64,000 bases of DNA, taken from Malacoraja senta (Eukaryota). Below are positions 61,437-64,000 of this stretch, piece after piece; positions within the stretch are counted from its first letter, which is position 1, and every line of letters begins with the position of its first letter. A program made the position numbers and the translations under genes. The notes under the pieces were generated by a model. That model saw nothing but the letters and a program-made list of their open reading frames with translations. It did no database searches and was not told where the DNA came from. The stretch spans positions 7,628,001-7,692,000 of the forward strand of contig CM075995.1 in the NCBI GenBank assembly GCA_038087875.1, written 5' to 3'.

Positions 61437-61863
61437 AGCGGCTGGGCTTGTACACTCTGGAGTTTACACGGATGAGAGGGAATCTTATTGAAACATATAA
61501 GATTGTTAAGGGTTTGGACACGCTAGAGGCAGGAAACATGTTCTCGATGTTGGGGGAGTCCAGAACCAGGGGCCGCAGTTTAAGAATAAGGGGTCGGCCA
61601 TTTAGAACGGAGACGAGGAAACACTTTTTCTCACAGAGAGTTGTGAGTCTGTGGAATTCTCTGCCTCAGAGGGCGGTGGAGGCAAGTTCTCTGGATACTT
61701 TCAAGAGAGAGTTAGATAGGGCTCTTAAAGATTGCGGAGTCAGGGGATATTGGGAGAAGGCAGGAACGGGGAACCGATTGGGGATGATCAGCCATGATCA
61801 CATTGAATGGCGGTGCTAGCTCGAAGGTCTGAATGGCCTCCTCCTGCACCTATTGTCTGTTGT
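61437..61863 (+). mobile_element. CR1-like LINE 3' fragment
   Basis: RLGLYTLEFTRMRGNLIETYK... Further similar fragments near 9165-9500, 21383-21880, 42725-43330, 46958-47343, 51525-51870, 53810-54340 and 62660-62935. Confidence 0.85.
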
Positions 61864-64000
61864 CCATTCACTTGGACGCAAGACATTGATCTGCCTCTCA
61901 GCGCCAAAGACCCATGTTCAACCCTGACCGCGGGTGCTGTCTGTGTGGAGTTTGCACGTTCTACCCATGACTGCGTGGGCTTCCGCAGGGTGCTCCGGTT
62001 TCCTCCCACATCTCACGTCCGTGTGGGCTTGCAGGTTGGCTGGCTGCCATCTCTGGAAGTTGCCCAGAGTGTGCCGAAAGTGGGGTAAAACAGAACTAGT
62101 GATCAATGGTCAGTGCGGACTCGGTGGGCCGAAGGGCCTGTTTCCGTGCTGTCAAATCTAAACTACACTAGAAAGTTCAAATAAATTAAGTTCATAAGTT
62201 CGAGGAGCATTCGGCCCATCAAGCCTACTTCGCCATCCAATCATATCTGATGTATCTTTCACTCTCAAACCCATTCTCCTGCCTTCTCCCCATAACCTGT
62301 GACACCCGTACTGATCAAGAATCTGTCAAACTCCGCCTTAGAAATATCCATTGACTTGGGCTCCACAGCTGTCTGTGGCAATGAATTCCACAGATTCACC
62401 ACCCTCTGACTATAGACATTCCTCCCCATTTTTCTAAAGGCACGTCCTAATGCAATGGTACGTCCTCCTTTCTATTTCAAGAAATACTAAACTTCACGAA
62501 CCATTCAAAGTTCCCATCATAGATGTTCACTTAAAGAAGATCAGTGAAGCCTAGATTATGATAAAATGGGAAAGGTTCCCTTTGGGGCCCTTGTACAAAT
62601 GTCTCAGGACATTGAGTTACAGCATTCACAGCACTTATTTGATAAAGATGTAAGCAATCATAGAAACATAGAAAATAGGTGCAGGAGGAGATCATTCGGC
62701 CCTTCGAGCCATTCATTGTGATCATGGCTGATCGTCCCCTATCAATAACCCGTGCCTGCCTTCTCCCCATATCCCTTGACTCCACTAGCCCCTAGAGCGC
62801 CATCTAACTCTCTTAAATCCATCCAGTGACTTGGCCTCCACTGCCCTCTGTGGCAGGGAATTCCACAAATTCACAACTCTCTGGGTGAAAACGTTTTTTC
62901 TCACCTCAGTCTTAAATGACCTCCCCTTTATTCTAAGCCAGCCATACAGCACAGAAACAGACCCTTCGGTCCAACATGCCCATGCCAACCAAGACGTCCC
63001 ATCTACACCAGCTACGGGTGCTGCCTGCATGGAGTTTGGACCTTCTCCCTGTGACCACGTGGGTTTTCTCAAGGTGCTCTGGCTTCCTCCCATACTCCAA
63101 AGATGTACAGGTTTGTAAGCTAATTGGCTGCGGTAAAATTGTAAATTGTCCTTGGCATGTAGGTTAGAGCTAGTGTACAGGGGGATCGATGGTCGGTGTG
63201 AGACCCCAGGAATCTAACTGGTAGAGGACATCCAAATTATTTGCAGTTCCAATTACTTGGAAGAGTCAGTTTTTTTTGCCAATTGAATTGGTGTCTGGAT
63301 TACAGCTTCTCCTACGCAATGTGGAGTTTATTAACCTCATTAGGTGCAGCTTATTGTCAGGCGTACCGAGGTACAGTGAAAAGCTTTTTTGTTGTGTACT
63401 ATCCAGTGAGCGGAAAGACAACACATGATTACAATCTAGCTGTCCACAGCATATGGATACAGGATGAAGGGTATAATGTTTAGTGCAAGATAAAGTCTAG
63501 CAAAAGGCTGATGAAAGATAGTCTGAGTTAGATGGCAAGTCAGGACTGCTCTCTGGTTGGTGAGAGGATGGTTCAGTTGCCTGGCTTTCGCTCGGTCTTC
63601 TTAATTAGCCACAACTGATTCGGCAAAATAAGTCTGAGATAGACACAGAGTGTTGGAATAACTCAGCGGGTCAGGCAGCATGTCTGGGGAAAAGGAATAG
63701 GTGACGTTACGGATCGAGACCCTTCTTCTGACTGAGAATCGAGGGGAAGAGGGGAAACTAGAGGTATAAAAAGGTGCAGAACAAATCAGAACCGGCAACG
63801 ATGGCCTAGGTTCCCACGATGGTGATAAAGGATTACAAACAGTGAAACCTACAAGACGACAAGGATGAGGGAGGTAGCCCTTAGTTATCACTCCCTCCAC
63901 ATAGATGCTGCCTGACCCACTGAGATACTTCAGCACTTTGTGTCTGTCTTCAGTGTAAATCGGCATCTGCAGTTCTTTCCGACAAAACTTTAGTTTATTG

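Overview
Vertebrate, repeat-dense genomic DNA. The HE1/V-SINE and HER1/CR1-like repeat landscape points to a cartilaginous fish, probably a skate or ray (inference). The window holds the conserved SIRT5-NOL7-RANBP9 neighbourhood. SIRT5 is complete on + (CpG-island promoter, non-coding exon 1, 8 coding exons, 309 aa, one GC-AG intron). A 200-N assembly gap is followed by what looks like only the last NOL7 coding exon (+). The last five RANBP9 coding exons and its 3' UTR lie convergently on -. Introns carry CR1, Rex/Babar, L2 and Penelope fragments, V-SINEs, a CORE-type SINE, hAT and Harbinger MITEs, non-autonomous Helitrons and a rearranged Gypsy element. The highlight is an intact full-length CR1 LINE (55052-59752, -): ORF1 ends in an in-phase U_UUA_AAC slippery heptamer, the ORF2 frame is open in the -1 frame across it, and a G-run cluster follows 8 nt downstream, making it a candidate -1 programmed frameshift. 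Other notable items are a Gypsy element with gag-protease inverted against its own PBS/PPT/integrase, minimal hammerhead motifs with a derived 66-bp tandem family, and a palindromic two-strand poly(A) signal. Gene identifications rest on my translation and recalled ortholog sequences, not database searches. Repeat boundaries without TSD/TIR evidence are approximate.
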